64,000 bases of DNA from Williopsis jadinii (GCA_024346625.1 AP024664.1:1860001-1924000); one strand, 5' to 3'. Counted from the first letter of the stretch, positions 1-11,029 are shown. Made by a program: numbers and translations. Notes: generated by a model not told the origin, from the sequence alone.

Positions 1-231
1 CCTCTGGGGAATGGCCCTGTTCTTGGAAGTAAAAAGAAGAACAGAAACCCGTTCAATAGACAACATGGTTATCTAATCTCTTGTCCAGAGTTGCAACCTT
101 TGTTTGGAGATTCAGAGGGACTGGATGCTTATACCCCACCATGGACAAAGTGATTATGATCATTAGAGCGAGAATGATATATAATAGTAAAGCTTGTATT
201 AGACACATAACTCTCCTAACATAGCACTGTT

Positions 232-2919
232 TCACTTAGACGTTGGTGGCTTCTTGGATACAGCCTTCTTTAGGGTATTCTTCAGCCCACGGCCTGGCTT
301 GGATGGTGGTTTTGATGATGATGTAGAGGATGATGATTTTGAAGACGAATTAGAAATGATAGACGGTGATCTCTTTAAGGAACTCAATGAAGGCTTTGGC
401 GATGGCTTAGAAGGCCTTGGACTTCCTCCAGAAGTAGTAGTTGCATTTGAAGCCTTCATAGGAGAAGCACGTCCAAGATTGGCACCAGGTTTTGCCAAAG
501 GCTTTGGCAAAGGCTTTGCTGATGGTTTCGAAGTCGCATTTGAAATGGTAGCGGGTTCAGTCTCAATTTCCTGAATAACCTCTACTGAAGACTCAAGCAT
601 CTTTGAAGCAGTAACAATTGTGTCGTTAACCTCGTGGCCATCAAGTAACAACTCTAACGTGTGCTTGCGCCCTTCAAGCTTAGCAACGTCCTTAAGTTTC
701 TCTTCGATCTGTTTAATCTCCTTTTCGATAGAAGTAATGGCTTGGTCAGAACCCATCGTTTCAAATATCCAATCACCATTCTCTTGAATTTCCAATAGAT
801 AATCATGGTATTTAATCAACAAAGGACGATGAGACAACGTGATGAAGGCGAACTTCTTCTGTTTCAACAAATCAAACAAATACGCCTCAATATCGGAACT
901 AATTGCGTTGGTTGCCTCATCCAAGATGACAAACTTTGGATTCTTGAACAAGATTCTTGCAAACTGTACTCTTTGCTTTTCACCACCGCTCAACACGTCT
1001 TTCCATTCTTGAACTGAATCAAGATAACTCAATCCACATTCACGATCCAACAAGTATTCAAGCTTGACCTCTCTCAATATTTGAACCAAGTCAAGATCAG
1101 TAACACCTCTATCCAACATGTCTGCATAGGAAAGGGGATAAATTATTTGATCTCTTAGCGTTCCTGTACTGAAGTAAGGTCTCTGAGGTAGGTATATGAC
1201 ATCATCTTCACTTGGCTTCGAAAGTAAACCATCATACAATGGCCATAATCCTGCAATGATTCTTTCAATTGATGTCTTGCCACAACCATTCATACCCAAG
1301 ATCAAAATACTTTGATTACTCTTCAAGCTGAAGTCCAATTCCTTGATGAGTTTAATCCCATCATGACCGTTCTTTGAAGGGATAATAACATTGATCTTCT
1401 CAAATCTTAAACCGTTGTAATGGTATTGTACAGTACCTCTTAACGTATTCACGTCGGACTCATCACCATAGTTGAACTCGGCAGCATGAACTTGATGAAG
1501 AACAGTTAGCAAAGTGAACACCCTGTCGGTATAGCCTGTCAATTTGGAGATATCCTTGAGAGAGTACATCAATCTTGAACCTGCATCAGCCATCGAAAGC
1601 ATCAATCTCTTATTCACAATGAACTGGCGCATATTTCTATCTTCTGTACTTCTTTTGACATCATCTTGCAAAGATGCCAAAAAAATAGGAATCGAGATGT
1701 AGAGATATCCTAAAGCGGACCAAGTATACTTCAATAGATAATCTTCAAGGAAAGTATAGCGTACTTTAATTCTGTTGATCTTGAAGATGTGGTCCATCAT
1801 GTTGTTGTACACTTTGTTGATCTTGATCTTCTCCAACATGGTTCCATTATAGAAGGCAATTTCTTCACCGTTGTTGATCAAGTTCAAGTGGTCATTATAG
1901 TATTCACCTTCTAACGAGGACTTCTCCTTGCTCAATTTTCCAAACGGAGGGGTGAAGCATTTCAATATATAAGCAGTGGTGAAATAATTCACAAAGATAC
2001 CTGTGATACCAGCTGTACCCAGGTTATCTCTGAGATAAACTGCAAAGAATACCAAGTCCATCATTGGCTTACCAATGTTGGAGAATAAGGCAGCAAGGGA
2101 CGATGCAAACCTGTCAACGTCTCTGGTGATGAAGTTATCAATGTCCTTTACCGCACGGTTGTTGAACATCACCTTGTAATAGACCATTCTACTATCCAAA
2201 TACATGTCATGAATATATCTCATCAAGTTCGTTCTGAAGTTACTTGCAATGGTTTTCACCAAGTATTTGATAATACTGTTGGTGTATGAGGAAGGAACAG
2301 CCATCAAAAACCAGTACACCAAGTCTCTCATGAAGTTCTTGAACTTACCACCAATGATATCCTTAACGATCTGACCGTCTAGCTTAGCAATGAGCAAGCT
2401 CAGCCACGTTCTCAAGATCAAAAAGAAGAACTGTGCCACGAGCAACAGCGTATTCCTATCCTTGAAGCTTGGAATCAATATCTGCCACACAACCATCAAC
2501 TGATTCAGGAATTTCGAGCTGAACATCCGATCTCCGTCCTTCTTCATGTTCTTAGCAAAGTTCTTGAACTTGAACTTGTCCCTTTCAAACACCTCAGGCT
2601 CCGTGGGCTGGATGAGGACCCTCTTCTGTCTATTCCTATAAGGAATGAACAACTGCCTGGCACCATTGCTCAACAGCATCGACGACGATCTTCTGTACAA
2701 CGGCCTCGAATCCCTCTTATCCTTGAAGTCCGTGATCACCTTGTTCAGCACGTAGCCAATGCCAATAACACCAGACGACAGCAGCGTGGCCAGGAAGATG
2801 ACAACATGCCTGGACGGATGCTTCCTGTTCTCCTTGTATAGCTGGACCAGGTTCGTGATGATGAGCCTCCACTCTTTCTCGCGGATCCTCGGATCAGTTA
2901 GCTTGGACAGTATCGACAT
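232..2919 (-). CDS. PXA1: Peroxisomal long-chain fatty acyl-CoA ABC half-transporter (ABCD family)
   Basis: 895-aa ORF. ABCD membrane region with EAA-like motif (NNGEEIAFYNG), Walker A GMNGCGKT, signature LSGGEKQR, Walker B VILDEATNAIS. Blocks such as RTWLSLLIAKLDGQIVK and FIVNKRLMLSMADAGSRLM match Pxa1 as I recall it. Confidence 0.92.
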   Translation of the reverse strand: MSILSKLTDPRIREKEWRLIITNLVQLYKENRKHPSRHVVIFLATLLSSGVIGIGYVLNKVITDFKDKRDSRPLYRRSSSMLLSNGARQLFIPYRNRQKRVLIQPTEPEVFERDKFKFKNFAKNMKKDGDRMFSSKFLNQLMVVWQILIPSFKDRNTLLLVAQFFFLILRTWLSLLIAKLDGQIVKDIIGGKFKNFMRDLVYWFLMAVPSSYTNSIIKYLVKTIASNFRTNLMRYIHDMYLDSRMVYYKVMFNNRAVKDIDNFITRDVDRFASSLAALFSNIGKPMMDLVFFAVYLRDNLGTAGITGIFVNYFTTAYILKCFTPPFGKLSKEKSSLEGEYYNDHLNLINNGEEIAFYNGTMLEKIKINKVYNNMMDHIFKINRIKVRYTFLEDYLLKYTWSALGYLYISIPIFLASLQDDVKRSTEDRNMRQFIVNKRLMLSMADAGSRLMYSLKDISKLTGYTDRVFTLLTVLHQVHAAEFNYGDESDVNTLRGTVQYHYNGLRFEKINVIIPSKNGHDGIKLIKELDFSLKSNQSILILGMNGCGKTSIERIIAGLWPLYDGLLSKPSEDDVIYLPQRPYFSTGTLRDQIIYPLSYADMLDRGVTDLDLVQILREVKLEYLLDRECGLSYLDSVQEWKDVLSGGEKQRVQFARILFKNPKFVILDEATNAISSDIEAYLFDLLKQKKFAFITLSHRPLLIKYHDYLLEIQENGDWIFETMGSDQAITSIEKEIKQIEEKLKDVAKLEGRKHTLELLLDGHEVNDTIVTASKMLESSVEVIQEIETEPATISNATSKPSAKPLPKPLAKPGANLGRASPMKASNATTTSGGSPRPSKPSPKPSLSSLKRSPSIISNSSSKSSSSTSSSKPPSKPGRGLKNTLKKAVSKKPPTSK

Positions 2920-2930
2920 CTGCGGTGTTC

Positions 2931-2973
2931 TCTGTTAGCGCCCTGTTTGCTTTCTGTTAGCGCCCTGTTTGCT
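2931..2973. repeat. 22-bp tandem duplication (TCTGTTAGCGCCCTGTTTGCT[T]) just upstream of the PXA1 ATG
   Basis: Two adjacent copies at 2931-2952 and 2953-2973. Confidence 0.85.
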
Positions 2974-3995
2974 CTCTGCTTCCTCTTTGTAGCTCAGCGA
3001 GTTGGTGAAAGTAAACTGGACGAGGATAAAAAGGGCAAACACACACAAAATCCCCGTCCCCTTCGCCAACGGTTTTGCGGGGGGGGGGACACCGCATCAG
3101 GCAAATGGGGGGATTTGTTTACTATGTGTTTTGCTAATTAGCCGTGGGGATTTCTCCGTTTGGATGGTTTGACACATCCAGACACCAATCTTGGGGGGGG
3201 AGAGGGAGCTCGGGATAAATGACGTCATTGGTGTTTTTGAAGATTGCCAGGGAGACACCATCTTTGTTACTTCAGCAACGGGCGGGTTATTAGTTGTTGT
3301 GTTTATGGGCAGTATGAGCTTCACCGTTAGTGCGGACTTCATCATTGGTGTATAGTGAGTTGTTATTGGCTGCTTATGCTGGTTTGACGCTGTGGAACGT
3401 GGCTGGACCTCATTTCGTGTGTTGGTGATCTCTCTGGACAAAAGCTTTGATGCTCATCTGAGACGATCCTGTTTAGAAGCAGTGATGCCTGCTGCTGGTT
3501 GTTTACTTCAATTCTGATATTGACCCTTTCTTCCACGTACATTTACCTCTTAGCTCACATCTCAGATGACTGACAGTGCCTAAGTGGCTCTTGGATACTG
3601 TGCTTGTGGGAAGATGGCCCTTAATGCGCCCCAGCACTGGTCATTGCGACATTCGTGATCTCCAGCAGTGCTAGACATTTGGCGTCAATGATGGTGTCAG
3701 CTGACTGCCAGTCCTTTGAGCTGCTCACAACCTACATATATGGTACTCTCAGAGATCTAGCACCCAGTTGAGTGCTTACCCTGGCTCAGAGTCCTAGGCG
3801 ATCTCAGCATATGATTCGTTTGTAGCAGTTATGGCACCAAGGGCTGACACATGGTGATGGCTATCCTATTTCACCTTAGCAGTCCGTACAATCATACACA
3901 AGGTCTAGATTTAGAGCAACAAAGCACATTTCAATAATACGTGGATGTCTTATAAAGTACAAGCCATAAGAGTCAAATGGAAGTTTTATTTAATC

Positions 3996-6900
3996 TTACT
4001 CAACAACATATCTATCATCCCTGCGTTGTTGAATTTGGGCAAGGAATGGAAGCCCACCTCCAACAGAAGCCGGCGCAGATGGTGGAGATCCACTTGGAGC
4101 GGAGATAGATGGCATTGGAGGAGGAGGAGGAGCGCTTGCTTCTGGCAGAGGTGGTGGTGGTGGAGCACTGACTTCTGGAAGAGGTGGAGGAGCAGGAGCA
4201 CTGACTTCTGGAAGAGGTGGAGGAGGAGGAGCACTCACTTCAGGCAATGGTGGAGGAGGAGGAGCACTCACTTCAGGCAATGGTGGAGGAGGAGGAGCAC
4301 TCACTTCAGGCAAAGGTGGAGGAGCAGGTGCACTCACTTCAGGCAATGGTGGTTCTGATATAGAAGCCCCCACAGAACTAACATCTGGAATAGATGGTGG
4401 GCCAACCTCTGGTAGTGATGGAGTATCCAATAGCGGAATTGGTGGTGCAACGATGGCAGGTGCCTCATAAGATGGAGCAGAGACAGGTGAAGGAGCAGTA
4501 GGCGTTGCGAACTGATCAACTTCTTCGGTTTCTTGGGAGGCAAACGATGCAATACCCTGTGGAATCGGTGGTGCATCAGAAACAGGCACACTGGAAGCTT
4601 CAACCACTGGTGCTGGCGTTGGAAGAGAAACCGTATCAGGAGATGCCACAGAGGAAGTGAAAGACCCAGGTATGTCAGTAAACTCATCTGTGCCTGGAGT
4701 TTCTCTGGATACAGATTCAGTCGATGGGATGGCAGGAGGAGCCAAAGGCACGGCAGGTGGAGCAATTGGAATAGGTGGTGGAGCCACAGAGGTAACTGTC
4801 TCAGCAACAGGGATAGGTTGTGTTTCATCTGAGGCGTGTGACACGGAAGCAACTGGAGTTAGTTCCGAAGCTGGTAGAGGAGCAGCTGGAACAGCAGGTG
4901 GAACAGCAGGTGGAGCCACAGGTACTGGTGGTTTAGATGCAGATGGAAGTGATCCAGCAATTGGAACAGGTACTTCAGTAGTATGTGTGCTTATCGTAGG
5001 CAAAGGAGCTGCAATAGGCACTGGTTTAGCTGCTGGTTGACCCAACTGTTTATCCTCCTCCTTAGGTGTATTCAATTGTGATGTGGATCTCGCTGGTCCC
5101 ATGCCTGAGAACAATAGGCCCGCTAGATGTGCAGCGCCTTGACGATTAGGCAAACTATCATCGTCAGATTGATTGTTCACTTCATCATCAGACCAACCAT
5201 CGTCATCGTCGTCATATCCTCTTTGAGCCTTTCTCTGTGCTTCAATCTTGTTTTGATCAAACAATGGCTTGGAATTTGATTCAGCTGGTTTGTTATAAGT
5301 CTCTGGTCTACCAAATGGATTATTGGAAGAAGTACTTGGTGCTGAGGAGTTCTTTGCAAATGGATTGGTGTCATGATGCTGTGGTGCTGTTGGTGGAGCA
5401 GTATTTGGTTTTGGTGCCTCCTTTGGTGCCTCCTTTGGCTTCGTTGGCTTCGTAGGCTGAGGAGTAAAAGTCTTCACAGGTGGAGCAGAAGTATAGGATG
5501 CTTCCTCATCCTCCTCAGCCTTTTCTTCCTCTTCAATTTGACGACGGAGCTCTGCCAATCTAGCCTCCTTTTCAGCCTTTCTCTTTAACTTCAGAGCCTT
5601 GAGCTGTTGACGTAATTTCTTTTCTTCCTCATCTTCTTCATCATCATCATCATGACTTACCAACGTTTTGGCAGACGATCTTGCAACAGGTGGAGGCGGA
5701 GGAGCATGTGCCTTCACAATTGCTGGTTGTGAAGGCTGAACAGGTTGCTCTGCAACCACTGGAGGAGTACTCGTCACCTCTTGAGGTGCTTCATGTTGTG
5801 GAGGAGATGGTACTGCAGGCGAGGGAGCAGCAGCAGGTGTAGTGGATGGTGCACTCGAATCACTGGCAGAGTCATCATGTTGTCTTCTATGAATGCCAAA
5901 CTTTGCTAACTTCTCACTCATTCTCTTTTTAGCCTGTTCCTTGATGTAAGCAGCTCTATCAACAGGTGCCTTCAAAGCATGTGAAGCGTTGGACAAGGTA
6001 GCAGAAGGTGAAAAAGAGTGACCAGCAGGAGTGGACGCCGAAGTTACAGAAGACGACGACACCTTTGGTGCAGAGTATGACTGTGTTGACGATGATACAT
6101 TAGCATTTCTCAACTCTCTGAGGAAGGATGCAACTTCTGGCTGAACATCGAGACCTAGCTCAAATTTTCTGTACCCAGAAGCATCACCATCTCTGCTCAG
6201 AACTCCTTGAGAGCCGGAGGCCAGATCTTTGATGCTCTTCTCAATGTCATAGATGATAGCCTGATTTTCCTTGTTCTCTTGTTTCACCCTGGTGACATGG
6301 TCATTGTAGTCCCTCTCTTGCTTTTCAAAGTCAACGTCAGCACCAGCAGTTGGTTTACCAGTTAGTGCTTGCATTCTTTGGGCCAAAAGAGCCTTCGACT
6401 TTGCTTTTCTTTTATCAGCTTCAGTCACCTCGCCATTTGGACCAGTGCCAATGATCGAGCTTGGATGCTTGATGCTATAGAGCTCAATCTTGGAATTTGT
6501 GATATCGTTATCAATACGAGAGATCTCACGAATCAAATCTGGAACCTTTGATGTCAATTGGTTCAACTTGTCTTTCAACTGCAGACGATCTGTGCCGGCA
6601 CTGGTTGCTGGGAGTGCTCTGATTCTACTTTTCAACTCTTCAATTGATCTCATATCTCCACCATTCTCCTGTGGTGATGAGCTACTCGAATCAAGTTGTC
6701 CCTGTATGAAGTCCAATTCTGATTTCTTCTGTTCAATTTTGGCCTTGATCAGCTCCAAATCAGCTCCACTTTCAGGTGCAGCCCTTCTTCTATTCTCAGA
6801 AGGTTTTATTTCGTCATCGTTGTTTTGGAAGGTTGATGAACCAAATGGTTTCTTAGAGAATGCAGGGGTTTTCAACTTCATGGTGTCTTTAACGTCGTCT

Positions 6901-8255
6901 ATGAGTTGTGTGCTCTTAGGGACCAAAGAGTCTGGTAGTCTATTTGGCAAGTCATGCCCGTTCAGCTTTTTATAGATCAACCACATCCCCAAGGAGAACT
7001 GTTCTCTGTTCAATTTTGGGCTGTCATTGACGTTAACCAAGTTCCACACTTTCTCCAATTCTGCACGGTTGAGACCAGACTTTCTAAAGATCTCAGAGCA
7101 TGTCGCACCGTCCAATAGTCCTGTCTTTGATCTATCGTACGAGTCAAAGATCTTGTTAAATAACTGCCTCTCTTGGGGCTTAATGAACTCCTGATGCTGA
7201 TAATGGTTTTGGCCGTACTGTTGCAAGTTTTGGAATCCAGTCTTCTGAGGTTGGAGCAGATTCGTCTGGAAGAAACTGTTATTACCGACACCGGTCTTTT
7301 GAGCAGTCAAAGGTGCCATGTAGCCCGTGGCCTGTGGCTGCAAAGGCTGGAACCCAGTAGACTGAGGTTGCAACAACGGAGCAGAGAAACCGGTGGATTG
7401 TGGTTGTAATGGTTGTGGCTGAATCCCTGCAAAACCAGTAGTCTGAGGAGCCAAGGGTTGACTATACCCTGTGACCTGAGCCTGTAGAGGTCTGAATCCA
7501 GTGGATTGAGGTTGCAGTGGTTGATAGCCAGTCAGCTGAGCCTGTAGGAAAGAAGTCTGTGGCATAGCAGGAACACCACCTGTAGGGGTAGGGATTCCAA
7601 ACTGTAGCCCATTGAGTGAGTTCATGTTGTCAAACGGGGTCTTTGCCTTTGGCTGAGATTCATCAGGCACGGTGAAGTTGATCGCATCGATAAACCCTTC
7701 AACCTCCTTCTTAATCGACTGATCTAGCTGGTACGGCAGTTGACGAGTTTGTAATGCTTTTCCAACCAAGTACAGCGCAAGGGCAAACTCAGGGAACAAC
7801 AATTGACCAGACTTGTTCAAATCAGACAACTCCCAGATCTGTGCCAACTGCTGTGGTTGTAGTCCAGATCTCATCAAGATGTCCCTAGCAGCATCAGCCG
7901 TGATGGAGTTCGAGCCCTTTCCAACAGCACTGCGGAAGATCTGCTCGTACTGTTGCTGATCGGCTGCGGTGATGAAGGATAGTCGAATGTTTGGGATCTT
8001 CAGCTCGTTGTTCTTTGGAATCTGTTGAGAAGCAGAGTAGAACCCGGTCTGTTGTTGTTGGACATATCCAGTCTGCTGTGGTTGGACATATCCAGTCTGC
8101 TGTGGTTGAATGTACCCGGTCTGTTGCGGTTGAACATAGCCTGTTGGCTGAGAGTACAACGGTTGTTGCTGCTGCTGGAAGCCCTGTTGATATTGGGGTT
8201 GAATACCAGTCTGCTGAGCATACAACGGAGCGCCTTGACCGAAGTTGTTATACAT
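3996..8255 (-). CDS. PAN1: Actin cytoskeleton/endocytosis scaffold with two EH domains, QxTG repeats, coiled coil, acidic motif and proline-rich C-terminus
   Basis: 1419 aa. Many (L)QPQxTG repeats, EH domains (LAQIWELSDLNKSGQLLFPEFALA; LEKVWNLVNVNDSPKLNREQFSLGM), acidic DDDDGWSDDE motif, NPF motifs, PPPPLPEVS repeats. Confidence 0.93.
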   Translation of the reverse strand: MYNNFGQGAPLYAQQTGIQPQYQQGFQQQQQPLYSQPTGYVQPQQTGYIQPQQTGYVQPQQTGYVQQQQTGFYSASQQIPKNNELKIPNIRLSFITAADQQQYEQIFRSAVGKGSNSITADAARDILMRSGLQPQQLAQIWELSDLNKSGQLLFPEFALALYLVGKALQTRQLPYQLDQSIKKEVEGFIDAINFTVPDESQPKAKTPFDNMNSLNGLQFGIPTPTGGVPAMPQTSFLQAQLTGYQPLQPQSTGFRPLQAQVTGYSQPLAPQTTGFAGIQPQPLQPQSTGFSAPLLQPQSTGFQPLQPQATGYMAPLTAQKTGVGNNSFFQTNLLQPQKTGFQNLQQYGQNHYQHQEFIKPQERQLFNKIFDSYDRSKTGLLDGATCSEIFRKSGLNRAELEKVWNLVNVNDSPKLNREQFSLGMWLIYKKLNGHDLPNRLPDSLVPKSTQLIDDVKDTMKLKTPAFSKKPFGSSTFQNNDDEIKPSENRRRAAPESGADLELIKAKIEQKKSELDFIQGQLDSSSSSPQENGGDMRSIEELKSRIRALPATSAGTDRLQLKDKLNQLTSKVPDLIREISRIDNDITNSKIELYSIKHPSSIIGTGPNGEVTEADKRKAKSKALLAQRMQALTGKPTAGADVDFEKQERDYNDHVTRVKQENKENQAIIYDIEKSIKDLASGSQGVLSRDGDASGYRKFELGLDVQPEVASFLRELRNANVSSSTQSYSAPKVSSSSVTSASTPAGHSFSPSATLSNASHALKAPVDRAAYIKEQAKKRMSEKLAKFGIHRRQHDDSASDSSAPSTTPAAAPSPAVPSPPQHEAPQEVTSTPPVVAEQPVQPSQPAIVKAHAPPPPPVARSSAKTLVSHDDDDEEDEEEKKLRQQLKALKLKRKAEKEARLAELRRQIEEEEKAEEDEEASYTSAPPVKTFTPQPTKPTKPKEAPKEAPKPNTAPPTAPQHHDTNPFAKNSSAPSTSSNNPFGRPETYNKPAESNSKPLFDQNKIEAQRKAQRGYDDDDDGWSDDEVNNQSDDDSLPNRQGAAHLAGLLFSGMGPARSTSQLNTPKEEDKQLGQPAAKPVPIAAPLPTISTHTTEVPVPIAGSLPSASKPPVPVAPPAVPPAVPAAPLPASELTPVASVSHASDETQPIPVAETVTSVAPPPIPIAPPAVPLAPPAIPSTESVSRETPGTDEFTDIPGSFTSSVASPDTVSLPTPAPVVEASSVPVSDAPPIPQGIASFASQETEEVDQFATPTAPSPVSAPSYEAPAIVAPPIPLLDTPSLPEVGPPSIPDVSSVGASISEPPLPEVSAPAPPPLPEVSAPPPPPLPEVSAPPPPPLPEVSAPPPPPLPEVSAPAPPPLPEVSAPPPPPLPEASAPPPPPMPSISAPSGSPPSAPASVGGGLPFLAQIQQRRDDRYVVE
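4126..4350 (-). repeat. 33-bp coding minisatellite in PAN1 encoding APPPPPLPEVS-type units (about 6 copies)
   Basis: Repeated GGAGGAGGAGGAGCACTCACTTCAGGCAATGGT-type units on the + strand. Confidence 0.9.
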
Positions 8256-8682
8256 CGTTCTCTTTAGTTCAAAACAATTGGTGGCCAGCGGATATATAAA
8301 GTTTCGGTCTCGTAATGGGTTGTCCTGTCTTTGTCTCTTTTTTTGGTTTTTTTGTCCGGCTCAAATGTCTTTGGAAGGGGGGGGGGTGTTCAGTTTAAAG
8401 CGTTGATTTTGTTTTCTTTGTCGATTTCAGTTTGGACCGATAGGGGGGAGTACGGACAAGTTCACAGGATTTTTCAACTTGTTCGCTATTTTCATGGTGG
8501 ATGGACAAAACCGGAGATTTCGCCATGACGAGAACGTTTAAATGTCTGGGGGGACTAGCGCTTAGATTGCAATGAACATTGCCATTAGAGACTAAGTTAT
8601 TAGAAGAATCTATACGTATCATTAAGTTTATAATTATGTCATTACATCGGTGGGGATCGTTAAAATTGAACCAAGGAAAGTC

Positions 8683-9039
8683 TCAAACCTCCTCCAAGTT
8701 TTCTGGTGGTTTGACTTGAAGCTCTGGGGGTACCTGAATGCCTTTGTCACGAAGCAGCCTCAAAAGTGTCTGGTGCTCGACATGGAGTTCCTTAAGATAA
8801 TCAGCAGATTTGGATAGCACGAGTATCTCTGAGCGAGAATGTTCGGGGCTCAACTCAGGGACGAGCTCTGTCAACCTCTCGAACGCTTCTCGAATAGCTT
8901 TTCTTCTCTTCTGTTCACTTTCAATATGATTCTTTTTCTTTTGTTCATCGGTGAGGTGGGGCGTCCTCTTCGTATCCTGTGGTTTCACGTCTGGCACAAG
9001 GGACGTGTCACCATGTTGTGCGATGGAAACTTCAGACAT
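8683..9039 (-). CDS. INO4: bHLH transcription factor, Ino4-like (118 aa from ATG at 9039)
   Basis: Basic region NHIESEQKRR, helix AFERLTELVPEL, then SRSEILVLSKSADYL. Divergent from a YOL107W-like gene, as INO4 is in S. cerevisiae. Confidence 0.8.
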   Translation of the reverse strand: MSEVSIAQHGDTSLVPDVKPQDTKRTPHLTDEQKKKNHIESEQKRRKAIREAFERLTELVPELSPEHSRSEILVLSKSADYLKELHVEHQTLLRLLRDKGIQVPPELQVKPPENLEEV

Positions 9040-9481
9040 GGCTTGTCCTTTTGACTTATTTAACGAATGGATCGATTTGTCCAAAGTGGCTTTGCCTATT
9101 TAGAGACACGCCTTGAAATTAGCGTTAATTGTTTAAGTGTAGAATTGTTGCACAGGGAGAAGAACTGGCTCAGGACAAAACGCACAGTATGCGCGTCGCG
9201 GTGAAGGATTTCCCACCTCTTTGAAATCCAAATAATCCCGCTTTTTTTTTTGTCTTTGTCTTTAAGTCCACGCTTTGACACGTAGTTCCCTTGTGTCTTC
9301 AATCTGGACAATTCACACCAACAGAATTAGGCTATTTGGTGATCAATAGGCTAGACATATTCAAATTGGACAACTATCCGGTCAATATCAGGCAATTACT
9401 GCAAACCACCCTCAACTCTTTATTCACATATTACTCAAGATTGGACTTCTGACACTATTGTTAGCTGGATATCTCGTCAAA

Positions 9482-10639
9482 ATGTCGTCATCATTGACAT
9501 CGAAACTCAACTTCTCCAGCTTAAACGTGCCACCGGCAACCAGAGCTCTGCTGATCACGTTGACGCTGGGTACTGTGCTGTTACAATTCTTGAAGAATAA
9601 CATGTACAAGGCGTTGGTATCCTCAGGTGAAACGGATATCAACATGGACTATATCATTGTTCCCTTCTTGCAACTGGTTCCAAACCATACGTTATGGCAT
9701 CCGTGGACTGTTATCACTGCGCTGTTTGTCGATACCTCGGTGTCAAGATACCTCGTGTCGTTGTTCTTCATGTTCTTTGCTGGAAAGTTCATCGAGAGAT
9801 CGTGGTCCAGTAAAGAACTCGTCAGGTTCGTTCTCATCGTGGGTGGTGCTGCCAACTTGTTGACATCGATCGCTCTCATATTTTCGAACCTGATCTTCGG
9901 CACTGAGTTCTTCAATATCCCAGTTGATGGGAACTTGTGTTTGTTGGTCTCTTACCTGGTTGTTTTGAAACAATTGATCCCAGAACACTCTGTCGTGCTC
10001 TTCAAAGGTGTTCTGCAATTCAGAGTGAAACATATTCCTTTCTTCGTTCTCATCGTTGTCACTGTCATTTCATCTGTGACGGCATCGAGCAGCCCAGCTC
10101 TACAAGCCTGGATCGGTCTCATAGCCTCATGGACCTACCTTAGATTCTTCCAATCAAGTGTCGCTGACCCTCTTTTACCACAACACAATAACGTGGTAGG
10201 TGTTAGAAGAATATACGGAGATGCCTCTGAGACTTTCAGCTTTGTTCATTTCTTCCCAGATGTCCTTGCCCCAATCCTTGGACCGATCTTCAACCAGTTT
10301 TACGAGACTCTAGTTCAATTGAATATCTTGCCTAGATTCAACGAAACTGACATCGAACAAGGTAATATCATTGCCAGCAGACGTCTAACTGGCCATGCGT
10401 CTCATGAGCCGGACACAAGAAATGCTGCTGAGAGAAGAAGACAAGTTGCTCTCAAGGTTTTAGAGGAGAGAATTGGCGAGGATGCTACAAGAAGAGAGAC
10501 CACCCCGGTGTCAACACCAGTGCCAGCACCAGCACCAGCAACGGTATCAATTCCGGCACCAGCACCAGCTGTTTCATCTTCACAGAACACCACAGCTCCT
10601 TCATCTTCTCTCCAGGACAGTGTGTCTAAAGAAGCTTGA
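9482..10639 (+). CDS. Golgi membrane protein, TMEM115/DUF1751 (rhomboid-like) family, YOL107W-like
   Basis: First in-frame ATG at 9482. Several TM segments, HPWTVITA, GKFIERSWSSKEL, SWTYLRFFQ, GDASETFSFVHFFP and AERRRQVALKVLEER motifs typical of TMEM115. Confidence 0.85.
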   Translation: MSSSLTSKLNFSSLNVPPATRALLITLTLGTVLLQFLKNNMYKALVSSGETDINMDYIIVPFLQLVPNHTLWHPWTVITALFVDTSVSRYLVSLFFMFFAGKFIERSWSSKELVRFVLIVGGAANLLTSIALIFSNLIFGTEFFNIPVDGNLCLLVSYLVVLKQLIPEHSVVLFKGVLQFRVKHIPFFVLIVVTVISSVTASSSPALQAWIGLIASWTYLRFFQSSVADPLLPQHNNVVGVRRIYGDASETFSFVHFFPDVLAPILGPIFNQFYETLVQLNILPRFNETDIEQGNIIASRRLTGHASHEPDTRNAAERRRQVALKVLEERIGEDATRRETTPVSTPVPAPAPATVSIPAPAPAVSSSQNTTAPSSSLQDSVSKEA

Positions 10640-10944
10640 AGCAAGTGGCCTTCGTACTCTTTTCGTTTCCTTTTCGGCTTAGTCTGCCATACAATGCACT
10701 CAAATCCTTTGAATATATGCAAATTTAAGACGTATAGATACGACAATCAGAATGTTGAGAGATTCAAATTGTAGCATGATTATCCTCCAAGACATGGATG
10801 AGTATTGAAAAGGCCTAATCGTGCTCATCAATTACACATTGTAGATCTTTATGGTCTATTTGATCTATAATCAAACGGCGAGCAAGAGTGATCGTACCCG
10901 TTCAACGTCAGTGCCCTTATGCTCAATATACAATGCCGTCTTCC

Positions 10945-10954
10945 AAAAAAAAAA
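10945..10954 (-). terminator. RNA Pol III terminator (T10) of tRNA-Asn
   Basis: A10 run on the + strand immediately 3' of the tRNA. Confidence 0.85.
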
Positions 10955-10955
10955 C

Positions 10956-11029
10956 CGACCTCGGTCAGGATTGAACTGACGATCTCACGATTAACAGTCG
11001 TGCGCCTTAACCAACTTGGCCACGAAGTC
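10956..11029 (-). tRNA. tRNA-Asn (anticodon GTT)
   Basis: Reverse complement GACTTCGTGGCCAAGTTGGTTAAGGCGCACGACTGTTAATCGTGAGATCGTCAGTTCAATCCTGACCGAGGTCG folds as a cloverleaf with A box TGGCCAAGTTGG and B box GTTCAATCC. Confidence 0.95.

Noticed and set aside
2920..2973. Possible 5'-UTR intron of PXA1 (minus strand GCTAAC twice, CAG directly before the ATG)
   Set aside because: No nearby GTATGT/GTGAGT/GTAAGT donor found upstream. The GCTAAC copies come from the 22-bp duplication.
3100..3940. Hidden gene or ncRNA between PXA1 and PAN1
   Set aside because: Only short non-ATG ORFs, no tRNA/snRNA/snoRNA signature recognised. The G-rich motifs fit a PXA1 promoter.
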